Positions 1 through 9,253 are shown, numbered from the stretch's first letter. The stretch is DNA of 64,000 nucleotides from an uncultured bacterium (GCA_963768625.1 CAVYIK010000003.1:64625-128624), one strand, 5' to 3'. Notes: a model not told the origin generated them from the sequence alone. A program made the numbers and translations.

Positions 1-1796
1 CGGAGGCCTTTTTTCATAAGGATGATGTCTGCGGTGGCTTTTGCGATGTCCACGGCATTCTGGACCGAAATGCCCACGTCCGCCGCCCGCAGCGACAGCA
101 CGTCGTTCACGCCGTCGCCCATGTAGGCGACCACATGCCCGTTCTCGCGGAGCGCGCGGATGATGGATTCCTTCTGCTCCGGCGTCACGCGCGTGAAGAT
201 GTTCGCGGGCTCCACCGCGAGCCGCAGCTGGTGTTCGTCCAATTTCGCGAGGTCATCGCCAGAAAGTGCTCCCGTGATGGGCAATCCGATCTCCTCCGCG
301 ATCTTCTTCGTTACGAGAAAATTGTCCCCTGTGATGATCTTTATCGCCACGTTGTGCTTGGCCATCTTCGCCAAGGTGTCCTTCACGGTCCGTTTCGGCG
401 GATCAAGGAACGCAAGGAAACCCATAAAGGACAGCCCTGCCTCGTCCGCCTTGCCGTACGACGTCTGTTTGAAAGGCACCTTCTTTATCGCCAATCCCAG
501 CACCCGGAAACCATCGCTTGAAAGCGCTTCGTATTCGTGGACGATCTTTTCCTTTTCGGCTTCGCCGAGCCCATGCGCGTTCTTCAGGATCTCCTCCGGC
601 GCGCCCTTCGCGATGAGCACGGTTTCCTCGCCTTTTTTTACGACCACCGACTCCAGCCGCCGTTCGGCATCAAACGGCACCTCGTCCACCTTTTCCCAGC
701 TCGCGATGTCAATCTTTTTATACGCTTCTATCGCGTGGTCAAGCACGCCGCGTACGCCCGTCAGGTTCCTGCTGCTCAAGTATCCCCAGAAGAGCACTTC
801 ATCGCTTTCCTTCCCGGCGCCGTCCACATATTTTATGAGCGTGATCCGGTCCTCCGTGAGCGTGCCGGTCTTATCCGTGCAGAGCACGTCAATGCTCCCG
901 AGGTTGTGGATAGCCGCGAGCTTCTTCACGATGACGCCGTCCTTGGACATCCGGAGCGCGCCTTTCGCAAGATTGCTCGTCACGATGAGCGGCAAAAGCT
1001 CCGGCGTGAGCCCGACCGCGATCGCGACCGCAAAAAGGAATATCTGGAGCATGTCCCGCTTGATCACAAAAATATTCAAAAGGATCACCGCGAGGACGAG
1101 GAAGAGCGTGGTGCGGAAGATGAACAAGCTGAAGTCCTTCAAGTTCTTCTCGAACTCCGAAGGTACCTCCGGCCGCTGGAGCTCGTGGGCGATGCTGCCT
1201 ATCTTGGTCCTCATCCCGGTAGCCACGACTAGGGCAAGGCCCTTGCCCGACACGACGCTCGTACCCAAAAAGACCGTTCTTGTTTCCGGCACCCCGGCCG
1301 TGGCGGCGTCCTTCTCCACCGGCAGCGATTCCCCAGTGAGCACGCTCTCGTTCACGAAAAGATCTTTCGCTTCAAGCAAGGTCGCGTCTGCGGGCACCAG
1401 GTCCCCCGCTTCAAGCGCTACAAGGTCGCCCGGCACTATTTCCCGGATATCCCTTTCCTTAAGTTCGCCGTTTCGATAGACCGCAGCCGTGATGCTGACC
1501 CGCTCCTGCAGCTCTTCCGCCGCCTTCGCGGATTTATAGGTATTGATGAAGTCAATGAGCGCGCTTACAAAAACAATGACGATGATGACGCCTGCTTCAA
1601 AGTGAGAACCCAAAAGCCCCGAAATGACAGCCGCCGCAACAAGCAAGATAAGCAGCGGGCTCTTGAACTTGGAAAGGAAAATGAAAAGCGGGCGCAGCTT
1701 CTTCTTCCCCATGAACTGATTGGGGCCGTACTGCGCGAGCCGCCGCGAGGCCTCTGCTTGCGTAAGGCCTTTCTTCAAATCAGGTTCGTCGGCCAT
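1..1796 (-). CDS. P-type cation-transporting ATPase (MgtA / Ca2+-ATPase-like), 3' end cut by window edge
   Basis: Absent from ORF track because it runs off the edge. Reverse translation from ATG at 1796 gives MADEPDLKKGLTQAEASRRLAQYGPNQF, then TGESLPVEK. Phosphorylation motif DKTGTLT is at ~855-878 and hinge motif GDGVND at ~105-122. The +strand 160..1479 ORF is its antisense artefact. Confidence 0.9.
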   Translation of the reverse strand, partial: MADEPDLKKGLTQAEASRRLAQYGPNQFMGKKKLRPLFIFLSKFKSPLLILLVAAAVISGLLGSHFEAGVIIVIVFVSALIDFINTYKSAKAAEELQERVSITAAVYRNGELKERDIREIVPGDLVALEAGDLVPADATLLEAKDLFVNESVLTGESLPVEKDAATAGVPETRTVFLGTSVVSGKGLALVVATGMRTKIGSIAHELQRPEVPSEFEKNLKDFSLFIFRTTLFLVLAVILLNIFVIKRDMLQIFLFAVAIAVGLTPELLPLIVTSNLAKGALRMSKDGVIVKKLAAIHNLGSIDVLCTDKTGTLTEDRITLIKYVDGAGKESDEVLFWGYLSSRNLTGVRGVLDHAIEAYKKIDIASWEKVDEVPFDAERRLESVVVKKGEETVLIAKGAPEEILKNAHGLGEAEKEKIVHEYEALSSDGFRVLGLAIKKVPFKQTSYGKADEAGLSFMGFLAFLDPPKRTVKDTLAKMAKHNVAIKIITGDNFLVTKKIAEEIGLPITGALSGDDLAKLDEHQLRLAVEPANIFTRVTPEQKESIIRALRENGHVVAYMGDGVNDVLSLRAADVGISVQNAVDIAKATADIILMKKGL

Positions 1797-1803
1797 TGGT
1801 TCT

Positions 1804-1812
1804 ATTCTAGCA
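1804..1812 (-). promoter_or_regulatory. extended -10 element TGcTAGAAT, 7 nt upstream of the ATPase ATG (leaderless-type promoter)
   Basis: Minus strand reads ctgcTAGAATagaaccaATG. There is no SD-like sequence between the -10 and the ATG. Confidence 0.4.
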
Positions 1813-1845
1813 GAAATAAAAGGGCCCCCGATTGAAGCGAGGGCC
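1811..1845 (-). terminator. rho-independent terminator of the upstream 98-aa ORF transcription unit
   Basis: Minus strand has GGCCCTCG-CTTCAAT-CGGGGGCC (8-bp stem, one mismatch) followed by CTTTTATTT. Confidence 0.6.
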
Positions 1846-1890
1846 AGGAAGGATGGAGGCGAGTAAAGCATACCCCGCAGGTAAGAGAAG

Positions 1891-2187
1891 CTATCCGCTT
1901 CCGAGGAATGCCGGGGTCCGCAGAGACCCGGTATCTTTGGAGCGAACGCTCCTCTCACCTACTTGGTACTTGTTTACTCCCGAAGGATCGATGGTGGAAC
2001 CGACGGTTCCAGGCGAGGGAACCGCTTCCCCTTTGAGCTCTTCGACGCATTTCTGCATCAGAGAACCTCGTAGGAGATGCGCAAACCTCTTGCGCGCGAG
2101 TTTCAGCTCTGCGCCGAGTGTCTGTGCTGTACCCTCCAGCCCGTTGTGCGACCCGTCCTTGCGTGTCGCTTCGTACCGGAGAACCAT
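1891..2187 (-). CDS. hypothetical 98-aa protein (could alternatively be a ~380 nt non-coding RNA)
   Basis: ORF track 1891..2187. It has an AAGGA 7 nt upstream of the ATG, its own TTGACG-16-TAGTAT promoter and a downstream terminator. No recognisable motif. Confidence 0.4.
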   Translation of the reverse strand: MVLRYEATRKDGSHNGLEGTAQTLGAELKLARKRFAHLLRGSLMQKCVEELKGEAVPSPGTVGSTIDPSGVNKYQVGERSVRSKDTGSLRTPAFLGSG

Positions 2188-2232
2188 CCGCCGATCCTTC
2201 TGAAGGTCGTTCGTTTGTTCTGGCTGATATTC

Positions 2233-2260
2233 ATACTACGCGCGCTAAAAAATGCGTCAA
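2233..2260 (-). promoter_or_regulatory. sigma70-like promoter TTGACG-16 nt-TAGTAT
   Basis: Minus strand reads cgcTTGACGcattttttagcgcgcgTAGTATgaatat, about 45 nt upstream of the 98-aa ORF. Confidence 0.4.
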
Positions 2261-2333
2261 GCGAAAAAAAGGCCAAAAATCCCCTGCAACGTGGATAAGC
2301 TGTGGAAGAGATGTGGATGCCCGCCAGAATGGT

Positions 2334-2528
2334 ATGATTATTGCAATGAAATATCTGGCATACCTCGTAATCGCAGGAAACATTATCTATATCCTCTGGA
2401 TCACCTATAACGGGATGGACGAAGGTTTTTCCGGCTCCCCCGTCCAGATTGTTTCCTATATCGGCATCATCGCATTGCTGATACTGAACGCGATTCTTTT
2501 GGCCAGGTTCGCCCGCTTGTCAAAATAA
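2334..2528 (+). CDS. small membrane protein (64 aa, two hydrophobic helices)
   Basis: Internal ATG of ORF 2118..2528: MIIAMKYLAYLVIAGNIIYILWITYNG...IVSYIGIIALLILNAILLARF. The upstream part of that ORF overlaps the antisense unit and looks non-coding. Confidence 0.45.
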   Translation: MIIAMKYLAYLVIAGNIIYILWITYNGMDEGFSGSPVQIVSYIGIIALLILNAILLARFARLSK

Positions 2529-2565
2529 GCCGCCTCCCCTATAACTAAGCTATTACTTAACTGAT

Positions 2566-2976
2566 ATGAGCCCCTATAGAAAACAACGCTTTGGCGGCGA
2601 CCGCGGCGGGAGCCGTCCCGGTGGCCCCCGAGAAAGGACCTTCCAGAAATTTGATGCGATCTGCAGCAAATGCGGCAAGCCCTGCCAGGTTCCTTTTCGT
2701 CCAAACGGCACGCGCCCCGTGTATTGCGCCGATTGCTTCGGCGGTCCTCACCCAATTTCGCGCGACCGAAACCGGCCTTTTGAACAGCGCCCGTCCGGCG
2801 GGACGAAAAGCCTTGCTGACCTTGAGCGGCAGATCGGCGCAATGAATACCAAGATCGATACCATGCTCCGCATACTGGAGAACGTCGTCACCGACGCCGA
2901 TGACGATGCCGACGAGCTTGAAGAACCGGCTGGCGCGCCCCCAAAGCGGGCCCCTCGCTCAAAATCTCGAAGCTAG
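2566..2976 (+). CDS. CxxC-x17-CxxC zinc-ribbon protein with Arg/Gly-rich N-terminus and acidic/basic tail
   Basis: ORF 2566..2976 contains CSKC-(17 aa)-CADC, with RGG-like flanks. Confidence 0.65.
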   Translation: MSPYRKQRFGGDRGGSRPGGPRERTFQKFDAICSKCGKPCQVPFRPNGTRPVYCADCFGGPHPISRDRNRPFEQRPSGGTKSLADLERQIGAMNTKIDTMLRILENVVTDADDDADELEEPAGAPPKRAPRSKSRS

Positions 2977-3001
2977 ACCGGGAACCCGGCGGACAAAATG
3001 T

Positions 3002-3994
3002 ATGCTTACTGACGACATCTCCATACAAGTGGCAGCGGGCGATGGCGGTAAGGGCCGCGTTGCTTTTAATACCAATTTGAAAGCGCACGGGCCTGCGGGA
3101 GCTTCCGGCGGCAGAGGGGGAAGCATATACGCGGAGGGCGTTGCGGATATCGGTGCGCTCCGCCAATTTCGTTTCAAAAAAGAATTCAAGGCGGAGAACG
3201 GCGGCATGGGCGGCCAGCAGTTCCGGGACGGAAAGACTGGAGCGGACCTTATTTTGAAAATTCCCGTTGGCACCGTGGTGCATAATTTGACGAACGGCGG
3301 CACCGCCGAAGTTCAGAAGATCGGCGAGCGCGTATTGCTTGCCGCGGGCGGCATCGGCGGGCGCGGCAATTTTCATTTCCGCTCGGCAGGAAATACCACT
3401 CCCCTGCAATCGCAGGGCGGCCGTCCCGGTGAAGTATTTGATCTGCGGCTGGAGCTGAAGCTCATTGCCGACGTTGGCTTCATTGGTCTCCCGAATGCCG
3501 GCAAGTCGAGCATGCTCAATGCGCTCACGAATGCGCAGAGTAAGGTCGGCAACTACCCCTTCACCACGCTTGAGCCACACCTGGGCGCTTACTATGAATT
3601 GATCCTCGCGGACATCCCCGGGCTCATCGAAGGATCATCCACAGGACGAGGCCTGGGCATAAAATTCTTGCGCCATATACAACGCACCCGCGTGCTTTTC
3701 CATTTTGTTTCTTCCGAATCCCCCGATCCGCAAAACGACTACCAAGTGGTCCGCAAGGAGCTTGGTGCCTATCATAAAGAACTTCTCGAAAAACCCGAAT
3801 ATCTTTTCCTCACGAAGAGCGACCTTGCGGAGACGGCGTCCTTGGCAAAAAAACTCGCAGCGCTCAAAAAAATGAATCGGCATGCGATCGCCGTCTCCGT
3901 AAAAGATCCCGCAAGCATAAAAAAAGTGCAGGCCATCCTTAACAAGGTCAAGGCCGCGCGGTATACTGTCCAACGTGCCAAGCGTGAGCGATAA
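3002..3994 (+). CDS. obg: GTPase Obg/CgtA
   Basis: Internal ATG of ORF 2900..3994. Obg fold GDGGKGRVAF...GGRGGSIY. G1 motif GLPNAGKSS, G3 motif DIPGLIEG, G4 motif TKSD. Confidence 0.9.
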   Translation: MLTDDISIQVAAGDGGKGRVAFNTNLKAHGPAGASGGRGGSIYAEGVADIGALRQFRFKKEFKAENGGMGGQQFRDGKTGADLILKIPVGTVVHNLTNGGTAEVQKIGERVLLAAGGIGGRGNFHFRSAGNTTPLQSQGGRPGEVFDLRLELKLIADVGFIGLPNAGKSSMLNALTNAQSKVGNYPFTTLEPHLGAYYELILADIPGLIEGSSTGRGLGIKFLRHIQRTRVLFHFVSSESPDPQNDYQVVRKELGAYHKELLEKPEYLFLTKSDLAETASLAKKLAALKKMNRHAIAVSVKDPASIKKVQAILNKVKAARYTVQRAKRER

Positions 3995-5432
3995 CGTCGT
4001 TCTTCGGTTCGACAAGGTCTCGTTCGAGCATGGGCAGAAGCCCATCCTCCGCGAGGCCGATTTTTCTGTTCGGCAAGGCGCAAAGATAACGCTCATGGGA
4101 CAGAACGGCGCGGGCAAAACCACGATCTTCCATCTCATCGCAAAAGCGCTCCAGCCCATGGAGGGAAAGGTGATCGTGAACAATGATCTTTCAATGGCTA
4201 TGAGCCGCCAGGTCGTCCCCCGCGACCAGATGGGCTTCACGGTCCAAGAATTCTTTGAGCGCACTTTTGCAAAGAAGGTCTATGACATTGAGTCCCGGAT
4301 CAAAGAAGTCCTTGAAGTAGTGCATCTCAAGGCCCCGCTTGACCGCTTCGTTTCTTCATTCTCCGGCGGCCAGCAGGCGCGCCTTCTCCTTGCCCAAGCG
4401 CTCATTCACGATCCGGATATTCTCCTCCTCGACGAACCGACGAACAACCTCGACAAGGAAGGTATCGCCCACCTCACGAAGTTCCTGATTGATTATCCAA
4501 AGACGTGCATCGTGATCTCGCACGACGCCGATTTCTTGAATTCCTTCACGCACGGCGTCCTCTATCTCGATATCTTCACCCACAAGGTGGAGCAATACGC
4601 CGGCGACTATTTCGACGTCGTCGCCGAGATCAACGCACGGCACGAACGCGAGCGCATGAAGAACGTGCGGCTTCAAAAGGACATCCAGCACCGGAAGGAC
4701 CAGGCGAACTTTTTCGCGCAAAAAGGGGGCCATATGCGCGATGTGGCAAGAAAGATGAACGAAAAGATCGAAGCTCTGTCGGAAGACCTCGTAGAGATGC
4801 GCGAGGAGGACAAGACCATCCGGAATTTCGCCATCCGCTGTCAGTCGGACCTCTCCGGACGCCTCCTTGAGCTTGATTCCGTTTCCATCATGAAAAACCA
4901 TAAGTCGGTGATAAAAAAAGTGCAGGTCACCCTAAAGAAAGGCGAACGCCTGCTTTTGGCCGGCTCGAACGGGATCGGGAAGACGACGCTGCTCGAAAAG
5001 CTCGCGACCGGGCATGCGAAGGGCGAACATGTCACGCGCGGCACGCACATCAGCCATTACCGCCAGGATTTTTCGACGCTTGATTTCGAAAAGACCGTAT
5101 TCAAAACGCTCTCCGACGCGATGCAGGAAGGGACGGAACAGGAACTGCGTTCAACTGCCGCGGGATTTCTTCTTGACGCCGGCGTGCTCCGCGCAAAAGT
5201 GGCCTCGCTCTCCGAAGGGCAGAAAGGATTGGTTGCGTTCGCGAAGATATCGCTTGAACGTCCGGGACTACTCATCCTTGACGAACCTACGAACCACATC
5301 AACTTCCGCCACATCCCGGTCATCGCAAAAGCGCTTGATCGCTACGAAGGCGCGATGATCCTCGTAAGCCACGTTCCCGATTTCGTGAAGCAGATAAGGA
5401 TCGACAAGGTTCTTGACCTTGACGCGCTCTGA
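3975..5432 (+). CDS. ABC-F family ATPase (two tandem ABC domains, no TM domain)
   Basis: Two Walker A motifs (GQNGAGKTT, GSNGIGKTT), two signature motifs (SGGQQ, SEGQK) and two Walker B motifs (LLLDEPTN, LILDEPTN). Confidence 0.9.
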   Translation: MPSVSDNVVLRFDKVSFEHGQKPILREADFSVRQGAKITLMGQNGAGKTTIFHLIAKALQPMEGKVIVNNDLSMAMSRQVVPRDQMGFTVQEFFERTFAKKVYDIESRIKEVLEVVHLKAPLDRFVSSFSGGQQARLLLAQALIHDPDILLLDEPTNNLDKEGIAHLTKFLIDYPKTCIVISHDADFLNSFTHGVLYLDIFTHKVEQYAGDYFDVVAEINARHERERMKNVRLQKDIQHRKDQANFFAQKGGHMRDVARKMNEKIEALSEDLVEMREEDKTIRNFAIRCQSDLSGRLLELDSVSIMKNHKSVIKKVQVTLKKGERLLLAGSNGIGKTTLLEKLATGHAKGEHVTRGTHISHYRQDFSTLDFEKTVFKTLSDAMQEGTEQELRSTAAGFLLDAGVLRAKVASLSEGQKGLVAFAKISLERPGLLILDEPTNHINFRHIPVIAKALDRYEGAMILVSHVPDFVKQIRIDKVLDLDAL

Positions 5433-5435
5433 CCC

Positions 5436-5933
5436 ATGCCTATGCTCCGGAGACAGCCCCGCAGAGCAGAAGAGGGGCCGGTCCATCTTACGCCGGAAGG
5501 CCTCGATCGAATGAAGGCGCGCCTTGCAAGCCTGAAGCAAGCGCTCCCCGATCTTGCATCCGAAGCCGAACGGACTGCCGCCTATGGCGACAGGTCCGAT
5601 AATGCGGCATACAAAGAAGCGAAATCGATCCTCCGTCGCACGCATCGTCAAATATGGAGTATTGAGGATCGCCTGAAGCGCGTGGTCGTGATCGCCCAGG
5701 GCCCCAATGCCACGGGCGCCGTCCAGATCGGCTCAACCGTGACGGTGGAACCTGTGGGAGGCGTCCGGAAAACGTTCCGTATCCTTGGCTCCGCGGAAAC
5801 CAACCCCACCGCCGGACGAATTTCATTTCAATCCCCGCTCGGCGCCGCGCTCTTGAACCAAAAAAAGGGCGCCGTCGTGAAGGTTCAGACCCAGAACGGC
5901 GTCCGCGAATATCGCATTATTGAGATCCGCTGA
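5436..5933 (+). CDS. greA: transcription elongation factor GreA
   Basis: 165 aa. The coiled-coil N-domain carries the acidic tip (GDRSDNAAYKEAK). The C-terminal GreA/B domain reads SPLGAALLNQKKGAVV. Confidence 0.9.
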   Translation: MPMLRRQPRRAEEGPVHLTPEGLDRMKARLASLKQALPDLASEAERTAAYGDRSDNAAYKEAKSILRRTHRQIWSIEDRLKRVVVIAQGPNATGAVQIGSTVTVEPVGGVRKTFRILGSAETNPTAGRISFQSPLGAALLNQKKGAVVKVQTQNGVREYRIIEIR

Positions 5934-5949
5934 GCCAGCGCTTCAGCGA

Positions 5950-5980
5950 AAAAGAAAAACCCGCCTTGCGGCGGGTCTTT
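5950..5980. terminator. bidirectional hairpin terminator (greA on +, RNase P RNA on -)
   Basis: ACCCGCC-ttgc-GGCGGGT. An A-run lies on the left, which is a T-run on the minus strand (GGGTTTTTCTTTTT). Confidence 0.65.
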
Positions 5981-6371
5981 GGCTGGCAATCCGTAAGCCG
6001 GATTCTGTCGCCCGACCGCATTGCTGCGGACGAGGGACGGTCATTTATCTGGGCCCTTGATCGCTCGCGGGCTCGTGCGGCACTCCTCGCACGCTTTCTT
6101 TCGAAAGCATGTGGGGCGCGGCCTTGCACCCAGTAAGGGTTTTGCCGTTTCATCCCCGCTTTTTTGTCCCTATGGCGGAGTTGAGCCGTCTAGCTTGGGA
6201 TCGGGCTCCCCGCGTCCTTTCGGATGCGGGCGTTACTGATCGCACCTCTCGGCTTGCGCCGTGCGGCTGTTAGCCGCTACCGTTTTAACCGTTCGCCCGA
6301 AGGCAAACGAGTGGGTGTCCGGACTTTCCTCTCCCCGGCTTGCGCCGAAGAGCGACCGCCTGGATTGCCAA
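5981..6371 (-). ncRNA. rnpB: RNase P RNA, bacterial type A
   Basis: Minus strand carries GGAGAGGAAAGTCCGGACACC (CR-I), CAGTAACGCC, AGATAAATGACCGTCC and CGACAGAATCCGGCTTAC (CR-V). P1 pairs GGCAATCC (5') with GGATTGCC (3'). End positions are accurate to about 5 nt. Confidence 0.9.
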
Positions 6372-6376
6372 TAGCT

Positions 6377-6405
6377 ATTATACCACCGCGCGATTTGTTT
6401 GGCAA
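6377..6405 (-). promoter_or_regulatory. rnpB promoter TTGCCA-17 nt-TATAAT
   Basis: Minus strand reads cTTGCCAaacaaatcgcgcggtggTATAATagctaTTGGCAATCC. The -10 ends about 6 nt before the P1 helix. Confidence 0.6.
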
Positions 6406-6410
6406 GAAGT

Positions 6411-6461
6411 ATAAAAAAATACCCGACGAGAGAGTATTGCATGGGGAAGTCTCTCGCCGGG
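6411..6461 (-). terminator. hairpin terminator downstream of the RNase H gene
   Basis: Minus strand has CCCGGCGAGAGA-(16 nt)-TCTCTCGTCGGG followed by TATTTTTTTAT. Confidence 0.5.
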
Positions 6462-6579
6462 CTTTTCTGGCTGGTGCGGATCGATCAATCCGCGCTTCGG
6501 TTGTTCGGAGGTACCATGGCACGATGATTGCTTTGCGCGGCCGTCATCGCCCAAGGACTCCTCCTAGCATACCATATCT

Positions 6580-7191
6580 TCAACTATGAAATCCAAGGTC
6601 CGCCGGATTGTGCCCGCCCGAAATCCGCAGGACCGCCCCGCCGCGCTTTTCAAACGCCGCGCGCATCTTCGCCACCTTGTCCGTGAGCGCCACGGTCTCC
6701 TTCGGCAGCTGCTTCCGCTTCACGTGCCACTTTGACCAATACTCAATGACGAGCTTGCTGTCGCCGAATATTTTTTTCACGCGCGTCTTCTTTGCGATCT
6801 CAAGCGCATATCGCAAGGCAAGCAATTCGCCGTAATTGTTCGTCGCCGACGCGTCGCCCACGAGATGTTTCCCGAAAGGATTCAGTTCTTTTTTTGAAAG
6901 CGCCTTATGGAGCAGGTTCCGGCCATGTTCGTCTGTGACGCTCACCTCAACACCCTTGCCGCGTCCGGTGCCGGCATCAAAATAGATCCCGCGCTCAAGT
7001 TTGGGCTGTGGTTTGGCTTCATAAATCGCCCCATCCGCGAGCCAGGCCTCGGCATCGTCGCGGTTGTCAAACGCCCGGTACCGCGCGCCGGGCTTCCCGT
7101 TCACCGTCTTCTCGCACGCCGCCCAATCGTCCGCCACGCCCCGCGCGCCGCCGGGCACGAGATAGGCGTAATACTTTTCTTTCTTTCTCAT
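6580..7191 (-). CDS. RNase H with N-terminal RNase H1/viroplasmin hybrid-binding domain
   Basis: N-terminus YYAYLVPGGARGVADDWAACEKTVNGKPGARYRAFDNRDDAEAWL matches the HBD pattern. The C-terminal part is RNase H-like (YFDAGTGRG...GDSKLVIEYW). Confidence 0.75.
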   Translation of the reverse strand: MRKKEKYYAYLVPGGARGVADDWAACEKTVNGKPGARYRAFDNRDDAEAWLADGAIYEAKPQPKLERGIYFDAGTGRGKGVEVSVTDEHGRNLLHKALSKKELNPFGKHLVGDASATNNYGELLALRYALEIAKKTRVKKIFGDSKLVIEYWSKWHVKRKQLPKETVALTDKVAKMRAAFEKRGGAVLRISGGHNPADLGFHS

Positions 7192-8126
7192 TGTGCGCGG
7201 TTCAGGAACTTGATAATGCCATCCGCCGCGCGCAGCGCCTTCGCCCGCGTCTTGAAATCCACCGCGCCCGCGCCTTTGTGCCCGCCGCCGCCGTATTCCT
7301 TAAGCATCTCTCCGAGATGAACCTTGTTCGCTCCGCGCAGCCAGGGATTCGCCCCGACGCCGATGTGATAGAATTTTCCCTTCATCGTAAAGCGCACCCC
7401 GTAGACGATCTTCGGGAAAAGATAATATGGCGCGTAGCGCAGCACCGGCAGGCGGAATTTCGTAAGGTCAATGAACGTCGCTTTCCCAAATACGCGGAGG
7501 TTCCGCTTATAGAAGACGAGCGCTTTTTGATTCTCCTTCCGGACGCGCGCCGCTACTTTTCTCACTTTTGGCAATCGGGCGATGTACGGCAGCGGCTTTT
7601 CCGCAAACAATTTCACCATCCACCCGGCCGCCTTGGTGTCCTTCCGTGTCTCGTCAATAAAAGCATCTACCTCAAGCGCCGGCTCTTTTATTGCAATGGT
7701 CTGCTTGGGCGATGCGTAGCGGGCAGCGTCAATTACATCCGTCCATTTCACGAGCTCCGCAAGATTGCGCGGCGGCTTCCAACCGAAATTCTTCCGCAGG
7801 GAATCGTAGACGAGGTGGCAGCAGGAAGGATAGGCGGGATCAAGCACGTGGAACTTGCTCGGCTTGAAAGACCGCTGCCAGCTTTTCTTCTTGAAGGTCG
7901 TTGAATGATGGTCAAACCAAAAAGCGGTGCCCGGATGATAGAAGAAATCCACGACGATCGCAGGATTAGCCCCAAAAAAATCATTCTTGAGGTATTGCTC
8001 CTCCATATCAAAATCCACCGGCACATAATGCTCAATATCATCCCCGCGGCTGCGTAAAAAAGAAAGCAGTACGGCCGTGGAGGCGCGCCCGTCAAAATCG
8101 TTATGGAAATAGGCGTCGTATTTCAT
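7188..8126 (-). CDS. DHH/DHHA1-family phosphoesterase (NrnA-like)
   Basis: HNDFDG near the N-terminus, DHH motif (WFDHHS) and DHHA1 motif GGGGHKGAGA. Confidence 0.75.
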   Translation of the reverse strand: MKYDAYFHNDFDGRASTAVLLSFLRSRGDDIEHYVPVDFDMEEQYLKNDFFGANPAIVVDFFYHPGTAFWFDHHSTTFKKKSWQRSFKPSKFHVLDPAYPSCCHLVYDSLRKNFGWKPPRNLAELVKWTDVIDAARYASPKQTIAIKEPALEVDAFIDETRKDTKAAGWMVKLFAEKPLPYIARLPKVRKVAARVRKENQKALVFYKRNLRVFGKATFIDLTKFRLPVLRYAPYYLFPKIVYGVRFTMKGKFYHIGVGANPWLRGANKVHLGEMLKEYGGGGHKGAGAVDFKTRAKALRAADGIIKFLNRAQ

Positions 8127-8142
8127 GCACCAAAAAATTATT

Positions 8143-9234
8143 TTACCGCAGCGCCTCTATCCCCGGCAACTTTTTCCCTGCAAGGAAGTCCACCATTGCG
8201 CCGCCGCCGGTAGAAATGAAGCTGAACCGCTTATCGAGATTGTATTTCTTGAGGAACATGACGGTTTCGCCGCCGCCGGCGACGGAGAAGGCCCGGCGGT
8301 TGCGAATGATGGCGCGGGCGACGGCAATGCTCCCCTTCGCATACTTGGGCTTTTCGATCATGCTCAAAGGTCCGCTCCAAAGGATGGTGCGCGCGACCGC
8401 GATCTTCTTCGCGAAGAGCTGCACGGCCTTCGGGCCCATGTCCCAGATCATGCCGTCGTGCCAGACGAAGTCGTCGGGCAGGATGATATTCTTGTATCTT
8501 GCAACGGCTGCGAGCGCCCGCAAATCCGAGGGGTCGCGGTCGCGCACGGATTTCTGCACATCAATCCCCTTGAGCGAGAGGATGGTGTTCGCCGGCCCGC
8601 CGCCAAGCAGGAACCAATCTGTCTTGTTCTTGAAATATTTGATGACGCCGAGCTTGTCCCCCGCTTTCGCGCCGCCGAGCACAAAGACGAGCGGGCGCCG
8701 GGGGTGTATCATCGCCCGGCCAAGGGATTTGATCTCGCGCTCCATCTCAAGCCCCGCATAGCTCGGCAGGAATTTCGTGATCGCCGTGACGGATGCATTC
8801 GCCCGGTGCGAAACCGCGAAGGCGTCGTTCACGTAGAAATCGGCAAGCGACGCGAGCGCCTTTGCAAGTGCGGGACTGTCCGTTTCCTCGCCCTTCAAAA
8901 ACCGCAGATTTTCCAAAAGGAAGACCGATCCGTGCGACGCCTGGGTCACCATGCCCTTGATCTCCGCGAACCGGAAATGAGGCACGAAAATAACTTTTTT
9001 TCTGATGAGCCCGGAAAGATCCTTCGCGTTCCCTCTCAGGCTGAACTTTTTATTGAACCCCGCAGGCCGGCCACGATGGCTTATAATGACGATCTTGTCC
9101 GCGCGCTTCGCAAGAAACTTTATCGTGGGTAGTACCGCGCGCATCCGCCAGTCATCCTCCGTATTGAAATCCAAGCGCAACAGCGCCGTCCGCCCCAGTG
9201 TCCGCGGTTTCGTCTTGCTCAAAAAGCGGATCAT
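8143..9234 (-). CDS. pgk: phosphoglycerate kinase
   Basis: 363 aa with LLRLDFN, ISHRGRP, FLLENLRF, YVNDAFAVSHR and STGGGA. Confidence 0.9.
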   Translation of the reverse strand: MIRFLSKTKPRTLGRTALLRLDFNTEDDWRMRAVLPTIKFLAKRADKIVIISHRGRPAGFNKKFSLRGNAKDLSGLIRKKVIFVPHFRFAEIKGMVTQASHGSVFLLENLRFLKGEETDSPALAKALASLADFYVNDAFAVSHRANASVTAITKFLPSYAGLEMEREIKSLGRAMIHPRRPLVFVLGGAKAGDKLGVIKYFKNKTDWFLLGGGPANTILSLKGIDVQKSVRDRDPSDLRALAAVARYKNIILPDDFVWHDGMIWDMGPKAVQLFAKKIAVARTILWSGPLSMIEKPKYAKGSIAVARAIIRNRRAFSVAGGGETVMFLKKYNLDKRFSFISTGGGAMVDFLAGKKLPGIEALR

Positions 9235-9253
9235 TGCTTAGATTTTAGCGCAA

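Noticed and set aside
160-1479. 439-aa Ser-rich +strand ORF, plus 135..521 and 537..1232
   Set aside because: The sequence is low-complexity. The opposite strand encodes a P-type ATPase with DKTGTLT and GDGVND motifs, so these are antisense artefacts.
1856-2230. Possible tmRNA or M-box riboswitch upstream of the ATPase
   Set aside because: There is no GGGG...TTCGAC 5' end, no T-arm/ACCA 3' end and no tag-peptide frame for tmRNA. The M-box conserved blocks (GTTAGGTGAGGCTCC, GGGTCAACAG) do not align. The ATPase also has its own promoter after the terminator.
6462-6579. Possible small RNA (SRP RNA?) between the RNase H stop and its terminator
   Set aside because: I found no GGAAGCAGCC-type SRP domain IV motif or any other recognisable RNA signature. 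It is treated as a 3' UTR.
5917-6589. Several 69-121-aa ORFs on both strands
   Set aside because: They lie inside or next to the RNase P RNA gene and its promoter and terminator, and have no coding features.
8125-9132. 335-aa +strand ORF
   Set aside because: It is antisense to a full-length, motif-rich phosphoglycerate kinase.
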